Made by a program: the position numbers and the translations under genes. A stretch of DNA of 64,000 nt from Diplonema japonicum (lineage: Eukaryota; Protista; Euglenozoa: Diplonemea), in NCBI GenBank assembly GCA_964019335.1, contig OZ025673.1:607180-671179 (forward strand), read 5' to 3'. Below the pieces are notes generated by a model, which was given only the letters and a program-made list of their open reading frames with translations, was not told the DNA's origin and did not search any database. Below, one piece after another: positions 11,915 through 24,500 of this stretch (positions are counted from its first letter, which is position 1; each line of letters begins with the position of its first letter).

Positions 11915-13254
11915 GTTGTGACATGGGGCTGTGTGGTGGTGGTGGGAGAGAGTTTACCAATTAATTAAAAGGGAAAATAAAGGGGAAAGTGGGAAGAAAG
12001 AAAGAAAATATAATGGGGGTGGGTAAGAATAAAAAGGAGGGGGGAGGGTGAAGGGAAGGGAAGGGGAGGGGGGGAGCAGCATTGTACAAAGATCTTTTTA
12101 AGGGGTGGGCCAGCCTCCTCATCAGCCTCCTAAAAGATCTCGAACTACGCTGGAAGAAGAACAGGGGGGAGCAAAATAGGATAATCACAGAAACCGGAAG
12201 AAAAAAAAAAAGAAAAAGAAAAAGGAAAACACGGAATATGTGAGATTTTTTTTTCTCCTCCTCGAGGGGACGAATTGAAAAAGGAAAGAAAATAGCGCTT
12301 AGCTTCGAAGGCGGTTTTTGGGTTTTTTTCTTCTTTTTTTTTTTATTCTCGTTATTTTCTTCTCGGAGGGCAAAAGCCCTTGTCTTGTGTATGTCTTTTT
12401 TTCTTTTTTATTCTCTTACTTCTTTTCTTCTTCTTGTCAGTTTAGGGTGGAGTTACCCGACCCTTGGATGGGAAAATGAAACAGGATGTTAAAAGGAAGA
12501 GAAGGTTTTTCGGATACATTAACCTGCAAGAGTACCTGAAGGGAGGGGGGAAAGAGGGGGGTGCATAAAATACCAGGCTGGTGTCCCTCTCTCCACCTTC
12601 CTTAATCCATTCTCGTTGGATGAATGAGCTTCAAAAAAATGAAAAGATGATGCGGGTGTCAGGAACAACCCACCAAAAAAGAAAAATGGGAGGGGGAGGG
12701 GGAAATTAGGGGGGTAAAAAATCTACTCCTTCGTACTTTCCTGATCAAGTCATGCCGCCCTTTTTTCTTTTTCCTTTCTTTGCTAAATGGGGTAAACAAC
12801 CCCATAGGGGGGGGAATTGCTGCACAGTCCCTACCCAGGTTCTTTCTTTTTTTTCCCCCCTTCTCCTTGCTGTTTCCACACGCTTCTTCTCTTCCCGAGT
12901 GACGCAGGACAGGCAGCAAAAGCCCCCCTCTCTCCATTGTTCGCCAACCTTCTAGGCAGCAACAAGTAATATTCATTGCTGCCCAGGGCAGAGAGGAGGA
13001 AACAAAAAAAGGGAACGGAAAAAAAAAAAAAAAAAAAACGAAAAAAAAGCAAAATAACAGGGTTTGCGCACAAAAGGTTAGGAAGAAGCCAAAAACCCTC
13101 CCCCTTTTCTTCAGGCGTCCTGCCACATACCGCAGGTACCCTTAAATGTCTCTTTTTTTCTTTTTTTTTTCTTTTCTTCTTTTTTTTCTCTGCTCTTTAA
13201 AAAATAGCATTCGTGTGTATTATCTATGTACAGGAGTGTCTTGCCCATTGCCCT

Positions 13255-13806
13255 TTAGCTGAGACGCATTCTAGATATTTCCTGTGCGTTCTCCTCGTCC
13301 TCTTCCATGTCCAGCATGCGTTTCAAAGCGGGCTTGCGGGTGAACTGGGCAGCCTTCGGTTCCTGTGGTTTCGTTGTTGTTGAATGAGTGCATACATCGC
13401 TGTCTCTGCTGCGCTTCTGGTTCATAACATTGGAGGCTGCCAGGACTGGGAGAGGTGTCGAGGTCCCTACTGGTGTGTCTGTCACCTGGTCCACAAGGCC
13501 ATGTGACATGTCCTCCAACTTTTGCAGCACAAGCGGCACGCTGGTGTACCCATTGTAGTGGCTCGACGTCACGAATTTCTTCAGCTCTATCGCGAACTCT
13601 TCCAGCTCCCGCTCTTTCTCCATTTTCTGTTGCTTGCACCTCGCCCTCAGCCTCTCTAGCTCCACCCGCAGGTCTTCTTCCCTTGACCTGTTGTCCTCGA
13701 TCACCGCCTCTAGCCGCTTCTTCCACATCTCGTCCAACGCCTCGAGCTGGTTCTTGTGGTGGTCGTGTTGCTTGAGGTGCTCCTCGCTCATTAGCATCTC
13801 GTACAT
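13255..13806 (-). CDS. Coiled-coil hypothetical protein; probable 33-nt intron 13363-13395
   Basis: E/K/R-rich heptads; in-frame GTATG...CACAG intron. Confidence 0.65.
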   Translation of the reverse strand: MYEMLMSEEHLKQHDHHKNQLEALDEMWKKRLEAVIEDNRSREEDLRVELERLRARCKQQKMEKERELEEFAIELKKFVTSSHYNGYTSVPLVLQKLEDMSHGLVDQVTDTPVGTSTPLPVLAASNVMNQKRSRDSDVCTHSTTTKPQEPKAAQFTRKPALKRMLDMEEDEENAQEISRMRLS

Positions 13807-13861
13807 CTTGATGTGACCTGTGACCTGTGTGGGTTAAAAGAACATGCATTGCCCAAACTGA

Positions 13862-15221
13862 TTACTCGCCCCCCTGAAGGGTGCTATCGTTTCTCCATGT
13901 GAGGTACGCGCCGTACGGCGTGTCCACAGGCTCCGACGTCTTCCCACATTGCGGAATGTTCAGAAACGCCATACTGTGCAGTGTGCAGTGTGTGGCCTGC
14001 GGCCTGTGTCTGTCTGTGCATACTTGAAGCCCTTCTTGATCTCTCTGCAGCTGGGGTCCCCACACGAAGCGTTCCTCTCCACATCGTAGACAGCCGTCTC
14101 CACGTTGCTCCAGTCCACATACGGCATGTTGGCGGTGATGCTGTCCTCAAGCACCCGCCACTGCACGGGGCTGTCGGCAGGGATGAATAGTGTGTCTCCC
14201 GCTCGCAGCGTGATCTTCGTGGGGTACGCCCTGTGTGTGGTCTGCAGTTGCTTTGTGGCATACATGATTGCGCTGGGGAATGCCTCCCAGTCCGGCTCAA
14301 TAGCGTTCAAGGCGTAGGTGTTACTGCCCTCGTCGAAGAGCGCAGGCGCGTAGTCGGGGTGGAAGACGTACCATTCCTGCACCCCTGACACCACGTGCAC
14401 CCACATATGCTGTGAGAAGGAGTTGCTGTACAAGCTCGACTGACATCCTCGAGGAGCTATTTGTACCTCCGGACATCCATTGATCTAGATTGTGTTGTGT
14501 TGTGTGTTGTTGTGTGTCCGGCAAGATGACATACGATATACAATTCGTCACCCATCCACAAAGCAGGCAGGGCCGCCCTGGGATCCTTCTGTTCTAACTC
14601 TTCTCTGTTCTCTACTTGCGCATCTCGCAGTGCTTTGTTCTGAAAAGCGAACTGTAGTAGATCCTGCGCGAAATATTTAGGAATGATAAAGTCCTCAAGC
14701 AACCACGGGGCCACCGCAGGCACTTTGAACTCTGCGAAGTACAGCATTGCGTCTGCTGCGTTTGTGTAACTGGACCGCGTTGCGTAGTTTTGTATGAAAT
14801 TAGAAATGTCGGTAGTCTGGGCCACATGGAGGCCTCGGGGGGCTGTGGGTGCAGGCTCGATGAGGGACACGGGCTCTGTGAGATGGCCGCCCCAGAAGTC
14901 CAGGGTGCCCCACTGAGGAGGGCAGGGCTTGAGGTTTTGTATAACACAACATTTAGATATTTTTGCATAGTTTTCAAAGAAGTCGTCGTAGCTCAGTGTC
15001 GCACCGTCAAGCACAGAGGTCTCAAGGAACTCCCATCCTCTTGCAGCGTCGTCAAACCCAGCAGACATCCGTGCGCACTGCCCTGTGAACTGTTGCAGTG
15101 CCTGCAGTCTCTCTTGATAGTAATGAGCCGCCGTCTTCCAATACTCCACCTCGGGTACGCCCTCCCTGCACCCCCTTCTTCCGAGCTGCGCCCATTGCGC
15201 ATGCCTCGCAACCCGTCTCAT
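13862..15221 (-). CDS. JmjC/cupin-like (JMJD4/6/8-type) protein with degenerate metal ligands; introns 14485-14534 and 13974-14023
   Basis: LSYDDFFENYAK..KCCVI, IPKYFAQDLLQ, HMWVHVVSGVQEWYVFHP, LRAGDTLFIPA, LEDSITANMPYVD. Two 50-nt introns restore the frame. The 5' end is uncertain. Confidence 0.75.
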
Positions 15222-15502
15222 CCCTTCCTGGAGTTGAATGTTATAGGTTTTGGAAATCTCTTATTTGTGTGCTCCTCCACTGAGGTGGTCAGTGCCGTGG
15301 GTTTGTTGATGGGTGCAGAGCATCCCGAAATGATATTACATTCCACTGGACGTGGAATGAGCAACAGAGGCCCACCTTCCTCCTGTCAGTCAACTCGATG
15401 CGAACAGAGCAAAAAAATACCAGGGAAAATGATGACCACCCTACCCCCCTTTGGGGGGAAATTAAGAGATATACAGTATTCAAAAAAAGGGCTCGAATAT
15501 TG

Positions 15503-18500
15503 TCAGAAGACAATAATAAACAGTAAGAGTGTGAAGCACAGCTGCAGGGGTGCCGTCCAAGCACAAGATGCGTCAACAGGCACGACGGATGAGACCTCCG
15601 GGGTGCCGTAGGGCCCAGGTGTAATTGGGGGTGCCTGAGTTGGGGGGCTCCAAGGAGTGAGTGTGTGTGTCACGGGTGCAGGTGTTGCTTGCAGGGGGGT
15701 CACTGTAACATTGCTTGGGAACCATCCTACATCTTCCTGAAGCGGGTTGGTAGGGTCTGTCAGTGCTTGCTCCAGTGCCGATGCAGTGCTGGAAACAAAG
15801 GAGTCGGCTTGCGTGTGAGTCAGCAATGGTCCTTGTGCACTTGGTAGCACTTGGAATCCAACCTCGATACCGCTGACGAGGCTTTGCGCTTGGGCCTGCG
15901 AACGGCGCTGCAACACAGCTGCGCCCCTGGAGGCACTGATCAACATCTGGGCGACACTGCTGATCTGATCGCATGTTCCTTTCACGCCATTGGTCACGTC
16001 GCACACCCATACCACGATCACGGTATCCTGTTTGTATCCCATGGCGGAAGACAGTATCGCAGTGAAACTCTGTGCGTCAAAAGAGGCACGGCTGCTGTTA
16101 AGATTGAGCGAGATCAGTGGTGGGGTGTACTTAACTAAGGTAGGAGGCGGTGGGGTCGAGCGACCGCTGATGACGTCAAAAGGACCCACAACGTGCTCGA
16201 GTGGTGGGTCACGCACGGTGAAAGTGACAGTGTTCCCTTGCCCTGGTCCTGTGAAGAAGAACTCAAAGCCCACTGCACCGTTCACAACTTGTTTCTGTAA
16301 AATGGTATTCGTTCTGAGCATTGCTTGCCCTGCCACCGCAGCGTGGACAGTAGTACTAGAGTCGCCCTGCACAACGTCGCCAAGATGGTCGACAAGCACA
16401 ACGCCCACCGACATGGCGTAGTGCGACAGGACAGTGAGGTTTGAGGCACTGACTGCGATGCCTGTTATCGTCTGGAAGCGTACCGAGCTTCGTGCAGGTA
16501 GCAGTCCTGTGCTACTCGCCTCAAAGGCGGCCACGCCCTGCCCCCCTACCCACGTCATGTTGTACAGCACTTGCGTGCTACTGGTCACAACACTGAAGGA
16601 TCTTGGGCTGTGCAAGCGAATACTGCTGGTGCCCCCACCCATAGTTATCCTCCGCTGGCCTTGAGGACCTGAAGGGATGTTGCCCACTGAATCCACAATT
16701 GTCACGTACAGTTGGAAGGGCCGCCCCACCACCCAGTAGGCGGGTACACGGCCGGTGAATCTCAGTGCCGTGCCCTCTGTTACTACTTGGATTACCTCAC
16801 TAGAGGCGACAGCAGGTGCTACATTTGGGAGGCCGAAGTCCGCAATGACTTGTATTCTGAGAAACGTGCCATTCGTGGGCATGGAGAACATCAGCTGGAA
16901 GACGTACTCACCGTTGATGACAGTCACCTGCGGCGTCCTCTTGGCGTAGGTGCTGGGGGCAAGCGGGTTCACAAGAGTAGCAGTATTTGTATTGAGTAAC
17001 ATCATGTCGTAGGGCCCTGTCATAATCTCGACGGAGACCTTAGTAGCAACGTCGCCCCCTACTACCTTGCCGTAGTCGTCGACCACCCTCACGTGAAGCG
17101 GGTACGCGACCCCGCTCAGCAGCACAGGTGTGGTCTCTGACGTGATGTTGCTCAGGAACTCAATATCGATAAGGTTTTGCACAGCCACCGTGAACACTTG
17201 GCTCCCAGACGTATCGTTCCAAACAGGTAATGTCTCTGCCATGAGTTTCAACTGGCAAACGCCAACACCCGAAAACAGCAAGCTGAACGTTGCACCCCCA
17301 TCCTGCAGTGTTTGGTTGTTAGTCGTGACAGTGCCTGAGGTGCAAGACACTTGTACAATGCCTACCCATCCAACGGGGCCGACGGCCAACCTGCCTTCGT
17401 CGTCGTACGCTTGAAGCCTTACAACCAAGGGCCGGCCCTGTACCGCGTGGGTTGGCGGGGTCTTTTCAGCAAAGCTAAGTACAGATGCAGTCACGTTGCT
17501 CAAATTTGCTATGAGCTCTGTAGGTTCGTAATCTTGTAACAAAAACGTGAATGTGCACTTTGGTGTCGAACTTGTGCTTGCTGCAATACCACGCGCTGTC
17601 ACGGCGAATTTCAGAAACCCGTTGGTCAGCTGTTGCCGTGTTCCTCCTGCTACGCTGATATTTGTGGAGTTGCATGCTGCTGCAATCTCAACCCAACCAG
17701 AACCTCCTGTAGCAATCCACCCGCCGCGGTCAACGAGGCCTACCCATATCTCAAACACATTACCTTCGTACAGAATTGCCCCCGTGGCGTTCAGCACTGT
17801 GAAGTTCTCGGGTGTAGTGACAACTGAAATGATGGGCGGCGTCGGCATGGCTTGCTGCGGGTTGAGCTTTGATGTGACGTCCCTTGTACTAGGGTAGATG
17901 AAGAAGTGCACGTAGCTAGCAAAAGTGGGTTCTGTGAACGTAGTAACAAATTCGGGTGATTCGCCTTCTGTTAAGGGCACTCTGTCTACTCCGCTAAACA
18001 ACATGTTGCCACCCATCCCCAGCTGCGGCAGAAGGGGTGCAGCTAACTTGTCAGCATAAGGTGACAACAGTAAGTTGCCAAAGGCGTTCATGGAATAGTC
18101 TCTGTTTCCCTCCTCGTCCACGGCACGCAGCTTGAAAGAAATGGGCTTTCCCAAGGTAACTATGCCACTCGTTGGCTCCATCGAAACAACCTGCAGCCCT
18201 ACGGCAGGCGTGTACACCGCGATGGACAAATGTTTCCCGTTCACATTTATGTCACAACTATAGCAACTGCTCGTGAATTCTAGTCGCCACACTAAAGCAC
18301 CTTCCACCCACTCATTCTCCGATAGGGTTTTGCCGCCGTTTGTGTGCATCAGCGTTCCGCCATCACCGTTTCCACCAATGTTTGACCTGACAAGGACACT
18401 GATCCCTGGGACAGCTTCATAATCCCTGTCGCCTAGCACGTTCACAACAATCTCGACAAGCGCAAAGGGTGCCCGTCTCCAAATCGAAGGAGCAAGCGCC

Positions 18501-21500
18501 GTCGTGATACGCTGTGTCCCTACTGCCTTCACGGTGATGGCGATGTTGTCAGGAGTGACATGCGGCGTGTTTGTGCGCAAATGGAACGAAGTATTTAGAT
18601 GAGGGTTCACGACTAAGATAGAACAAGCCGTACACGGTCGTGAGAACTTGAAAGATATTACGGCAGCGCCACCTCGTAGTTGTACAGGCAATCCTTGTGG
18701 GTACTCCTGCCCGCCTGGGGTTGCAAGGTGCCCTCCATTACCAAGCCAGAGAGTGCTAGGGTTAGGAGGGCTGGCCAGGTCGTTAAATAAGTAAAGTGTG
18801 GGTGACGAGGTCACACATGTGAACGGGACACCATTACTATACGCAACGGCGCGTAACTCTACTACAAAGACTTCTTCGGTGGTTACGTTGTGGGGGACGC
18901 GTGTCTGGGGACCGATGATGATGTCAGTGTACGGCACGTGTATAACGTTGATAGGGTCGAGAGTCCGGGTCCGCTCACTTGCAGGCAGGCTGGGACATGT
19001 AGAGCATGGTGTGTACATGATGTGAACGATGCATGCCTCACAACTAGAACCAAATTTCAGCCATATAGTGGTGTTGCCATTGATCACATTGCCACCTGTC
19101 TGCGTGAGAGGCAGACCGGAGCCGCACCCTTTCGAAGGGAGCAGCGTAGCTGTTACTTCGCCGCTTGCAGTTGTGGCAATAGTGTTGTTGACAGTTTTCA
19201 CTTGCACTGTAAGAGGAAAAGAAACACCAGGCACGACACTGCCCTTCATGTATGCATAGGGAGGGAAAACACCATCCTTTAGATACCCCTTTTCCGTTGA
19301 CTGGAGCTTGTACCCGAGCCAGTCAGGGACGAATACCGCGGCGGTTAGGACTTCAAGCTTGATGCCTACAGTTCCTACCTTCCATGCAACGTTGCTACTG
19401 ACCCAGTGCAAGCTGGTGCCTTCTACTGTCGCGACGAGTGAACCATTCAGATTCCCGTTGGTGCCAGCAACAACGAAAGAAGCGTTTGGCGAGACTTCGT
19501 TGTTGAGCCTGACTTTGATGTGCTCCAATACTGTGTGGCTTTGCATGTGCCGATGCACTTTGGTGCCCGTTGGAGAGTCGCAAGTCAGACACGTCAATGT
19601 CTGTGAGAGGTGCACTGGCAGGCTAACCTTCAGCGACACGTCTACGGGTGCGGTGTAGGCGATGGTGTTGCCATCTGTAAGGACGAAGAGGGGCCGCATC
19701 CACACAGCGCTGTCAGAAGGTGCCTCGCCACCAAATGTCTCTAATGCAGTGGGCACGGTCTTAGACCACTCAACAAGGCCCGTGGGGACAGGCAGTACAG
19801 TGATCAAAATATCTAGGCTCGCGAGGTTGACATTTGTTGTGTCTTTCAACGTGAGAAGGCACTGCAGGCACGGCGTTGGAAAGGTGACAGTGAGCTGGCC
19901 CTTTGCATTCTGCAACTGTATCCCAGAAGCCCTCACCACGAGAGGGTCAGTAACATAAGACCCACCAGTGCCATCCAGCAAGTCGTCCCCAAGGAGCTTC
20001 TTCACGCTTATTTGTATCTTTGCGGATGCCTCGGAACTATTCGGGTAACTAGGGACCATGTAGTCGTCCACAGACACAATTGGAAATACCAGAGCCATGT
20101 CCCGAGGTGCCATGAACCACACCCTCCCTTCTGTCAGTTGTGTGCTGGATGTTACAACACGCTCTAGGGAACCGTTACCGTTGGAATAGTACGGGTCTTG
20201 AGAAAGCACTAGCTTTGTAGCCTGCGGTGTAGTGGTCACATCAATGGAGGGAGTGACCCATGTACTTCTTGAAGGGTCGGCTGTCCACCACCCGTCGCGG
20301 TAGTTTGCACGGAACCGGATGGAACAGCCCTTGCAGTCAGTGATGAACTTAACCCACAGGACCACCGTCGAGCTGTGCATACGCTGCGACCTCCCGCCTT
20401 TGATGACAAATGATGCGGCGCCCGACTCTTGTGTTGCCATCACCCATTCGCGCACCCACCCTGTCGCCGCATTGTTCATATCAAGCACTGTAAGTGTGAT
20501 ACTGAACCACGCCTGTGCCGTCACTGTAGAACTCTGGATGTTAACAGTGCCGCTGAGCTTGTAGGCATTGTCCGTCACACGCAACAGATCAGTCTCGTAG
20601 AGGAACAAGCCTGACGTCGAGACAAAGTTAATCTTGCATGCTGGAATACTTGTGTTCAAGCATGGTGCACTGAGCCTGAGATCTGAGAATGTAACAACAC
20701 CTAGGTGCATCATGGCTGACAGCTGGACGCCTTTTCGTTTTGCACTGTCCACGACACTCACCCCGTTCTCGTTTTGCAGTCCGTCGCCACCCGCAATGAG
20801 GGGCCACACTCGTGACAGATGCCACTCGTCCTTTTCGTTGTTTTCGTTAACGGCCTGGAATTCAAAAGGGCCAAGAGGGGTATCGGGTGTTGCCACTAGC
20901 GAAGGGGCTGAGGTAAGTACCAGCTTGACAGCCATGGCGCGCACTGGTGTCGTGACGGAAGCTGAGGCGCCGTCTGCGTCGAAGACGAGAACGCACGGAT
21001 TGCTCTTGTAGCACGCAGCGTTGACAACTAAAGTCACGAGGTAATGCCCTTCTGCAGATACTGTTTGTGAGAGCACAGTGTGTGGTGTAGCCCCTGTGCT
21101 CGATGCGATCGACACTAGAACATTCTTTTTGTTAACACCACTCACAGGCGCGTGTCTGCCACTTGCGTCAAGGGGCTTCAGTTCAATAACGTAGGTAGCC
21201 TTCTGCATTAAATAGTACCCAGATTCTGCCGTGCTTTCATTGAGCACGCCAGCTCGCATTTTCCAGCCTACCAGAGGCTGAGGCCAACCAGCAGCCTGCC
21301 AGGACGGCGGCAACGGAAACATGTTAAGCGGAGTCACACTGACCACCATCAGCATCACGGGGATAATGGGACTGATCTGCAAGGAAGCGATGAGGAATGG
21401 CAGCGAACTGGACGTAATGTTCATAACCAATGTAACAGGTTTTGTGAAGGAGGCCTTTGGAACAAGCCCTAGTTGCAAGTCGGCTTTGCTGTTACTTTCC

Positions 21501-24500
21501 AAACTTGTCTGAAACACGAAGTTGCCACCGGAAGCCAGTTTGGTAGTGCTTGTCAGGAGGGAAGCACTGGCAAAAGCATCACCTCCCTTAACTGCTAGTA
21601 TCCGCAGGGGGGTCCCGCTGGCTCCGAAGGCTCGTGTACCGACCTCTGTAAGAGCTGTTATTTCAAAAGAAAGTCGAGCCTGATGCTCCAGGTGCCAAGG
21701 GTTGAGGGGTGTCGCTCCGTCTAAGAACAAGGAAGCTGCGTCAAGTGTTGGGCAGGATAGCTGCACAGCAAGAGGTGACACGGCATCGAAAATGGCAGGA
21801 ACAGTGCCTACCCCAGAGTTCATCAAGAGATTTGCGCTGAGGATACAATTCTCACATTCACCCAGCCATTGCACAGTCAAGGTTGCCAGGCCCGTCTCGT
21901 CGGTGCTGACGATGGTGTTGTTTGCGGCCCAGTTGTACCGTGCTGCGTCGATCGCAGAATCGCACTGCCATGATAAAGCTTGTGAACCCAAGCCGTTGCA
22001 AACCCGAGGTGTGCCCGCACCACACAAGCCATTGGGACCCATGTCGTAGAAAGCAATCAAACGTCTTCCAGGAACTAACACCCCTCCAGTACCTACGGCC
22101 TGCACCGTTACAGTGAATTTGTTTCCGACAATAACGCTGCTTGGCGGCTCATTTACCCAGTGCAGGGCTTGCGGTGTTGTTGTTGCAAGATACGGCTCTG
22201 AATCAAAGTTGGGTACTACCACCCAAGTACAGCAAGGGACTCTTGTCATCCGCCCTGCGCTGTCTATCATTGATGCTTTCCGGTAGCAAACCTTGAAGGA
22301 GGTATTCCCTTGCGAAGGTGGCCAGTCGACGAGTGTTATAGTCGAGATGCTGTCTAGGAACTCTATCTGCTCTGAGTTCTTGCTGAGGTTCAGTGTAGCC
22401 GAGCCGTTGGCACCCTGTGAGGCAGTAGTAATGTCCTGACAGTGTTTGTGCGCAGCTATTATCCGCACACCGTCAGCAGTGGACAGAGAGGGCGAGGAAG
22501 TGGTATTCACATAATAGTCTTGAATACCAATAGCACCGCTGCTTTCAGAGAAATAGAGGAGGGGTGCAACAACTGTGAGTTCATCATTTGCAGCAACAGT
22601 GTTGTAGGGCGCCGTTGAGGAGAGGGTTGTAATAGGCACAACAACCCATGTGGGGGCTGGAATGCTCCCCCACAAGTAACATGCCGCGTACTTACCAGCT
22701 TTCTGAGGAAAAGCCATTGTAGGTGCCACCCACCCGCTGCCAATTGTGAAAGATGACGTTTCTGTCAAGGGGACCGCAGCAGCACGACAGTCTTCGCCCG
22801 TGGGGACCCACCCAGAAGCTGTCTGGATCTGTGTCATAATGAGTTTGAATTGATCATTGGCTGGGTCGAAGCCTGTGCCTAGGACCTTTAACAGAGAGGC
22901 TTCGGAGCCTACGACTGATGTCTCCAACCCACCAACCACTGCATAGGTACCGTTTATGAGCCCTTCCGACGAGAACAACGACGAACCCATGTCGATACCC
23001 GTGATTCCAACCCTTGTAGTGCTAATGAGACCTGTGGCACCTGCTGTCTGAGTACCTGGGGCCAATCCTACAGCTGTGATGCGTGTGGCATTCGTTTCTT
23101 CTACCAACTCGAACCAGTTCCCATTCCCAGAGAGGAAGTAGCAAACGCGGTACGACCCGCCAGCGCTGGGAATGACAGTTGTCACCTTCGAAGTGGCAAC
23201 GCCCTTGGTGTCGTCAGGTCCTATGTTTACAATTCCCTTCACGTCATTTGCAGCCGCAGATGGTGACTGGTGATAGCTGTTCTCACTCCTGCAGTACTGC
23301 GTGGACGGGATTAGCTTAAACATGTCTCTTCCGGGTCTTGTGTCAAACATGGCCTTCGAAATGAACCTAAAGTGTGCAAGACCCCTTGTTACGACACTGG
23401 TGTCAAGGGTGTACTTGATGCCCGACGGCTTCACCAGCAGGTTGTCTTGTAGTTTGACCCAATTATTTCTTCCTGACGCGAGGTACTGTCTGATGCACAG
23501 CCTCACATCAATGGGCGTGTCCGTGTTGGGTAGTGTGAATGACACCACAGCATGGGTCTGCCCCGAAAGATCGTTCTTGCTTGTGTCGGTTGGGTGCGTG
23601 AAATCAGCTGTCTTTGCATTTTGCAGAGCAGTGTAGTGGCACTCTTGGTTGGCGAGTATCAGCTTTGCCTCATCCTTCCCATTCCCCAAATCAAACTTGA
23701 CCATTCCCGTTGTACTCACCTGGAAGTCGTACCACGTGCCCCCCGACAACGACAGTTCTTGTATCTGTAAGCTGATGCCGTGCGGTGGCTCAAGATAGAT
23801 TTGCTTGTCGAAGCGTATCCAATTCTTCCCGTACTGTTGATAACACAACCACAGAGCAACATCTGCGTTTGGCAATGTCGCAAACTGATACCCATCGAAG
23901 GCATCTTGGTTAGGACGCTCTGTGTTGTACCCGATGAAGTCTTCCACCCATTCGAAGTAGCAAGAGGAGTATGTGCTCGATGATGTTGCCGTACACTTCG
24001 CAGCGTTCACAGCTGCCACCACACCCTGGTCCAGCAGCGAAGACCTGTCGCACCCGAAGAACATGGTGTGATTTGACACTAACTTCAGAGTGTCCCGCCC
24101 GTTCAGCTCTCGAGAAAGCGACCAGGCGGATGTTGTAGCATCCACAACGTGCGCTTGGAAGGAGAACATCCCGAAAGTGCCTATCCTGGTGTCTTGTATC
24201 TCGTAGTCAAGGCCAGGTGCCATGTTTGGTGTGAGATACAGCGTCCCGTCGCTGTTGTATAAAGCCTGCCAGTTCCGCCCGCTCTTCTTGAAGCACACGA
24301 CATAAGATGACCCGTAGCTAGGGATGAATATCCAGGCCGCAACTGTGTATCGCAGCACCAAATCACTGCTGAATCTGCCCTGCGTGAGTTCTTCGTTAGG
24401 ACCCACTTCGTTGTTACCCACGTCGTTGACGAAGGCAGAGGGGGTGAAGGTGCCAGCTGCTAGCGTCGTGGCGTCAGGGAGGCAGCCCGTTCCCGAAGGT

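Noticed and set aside
11960-13250. ORFs in the long purine/pyrimidine-skewed spacer (also 650-1340, 34880-36500 and 53300-57900)
   Set aside because: They are low-complexity F/K-rich translations of homopolymer tracts, more consistent with UTR or intergenic DNA.
13255-15221. Fusion of the JmjC-like gene to the downstream coiled-coil gene through a GTAATC...CACAG intron
   Set aside because: Neither nearby CACAG acceptor puts the coiled-coil ORF in frame.
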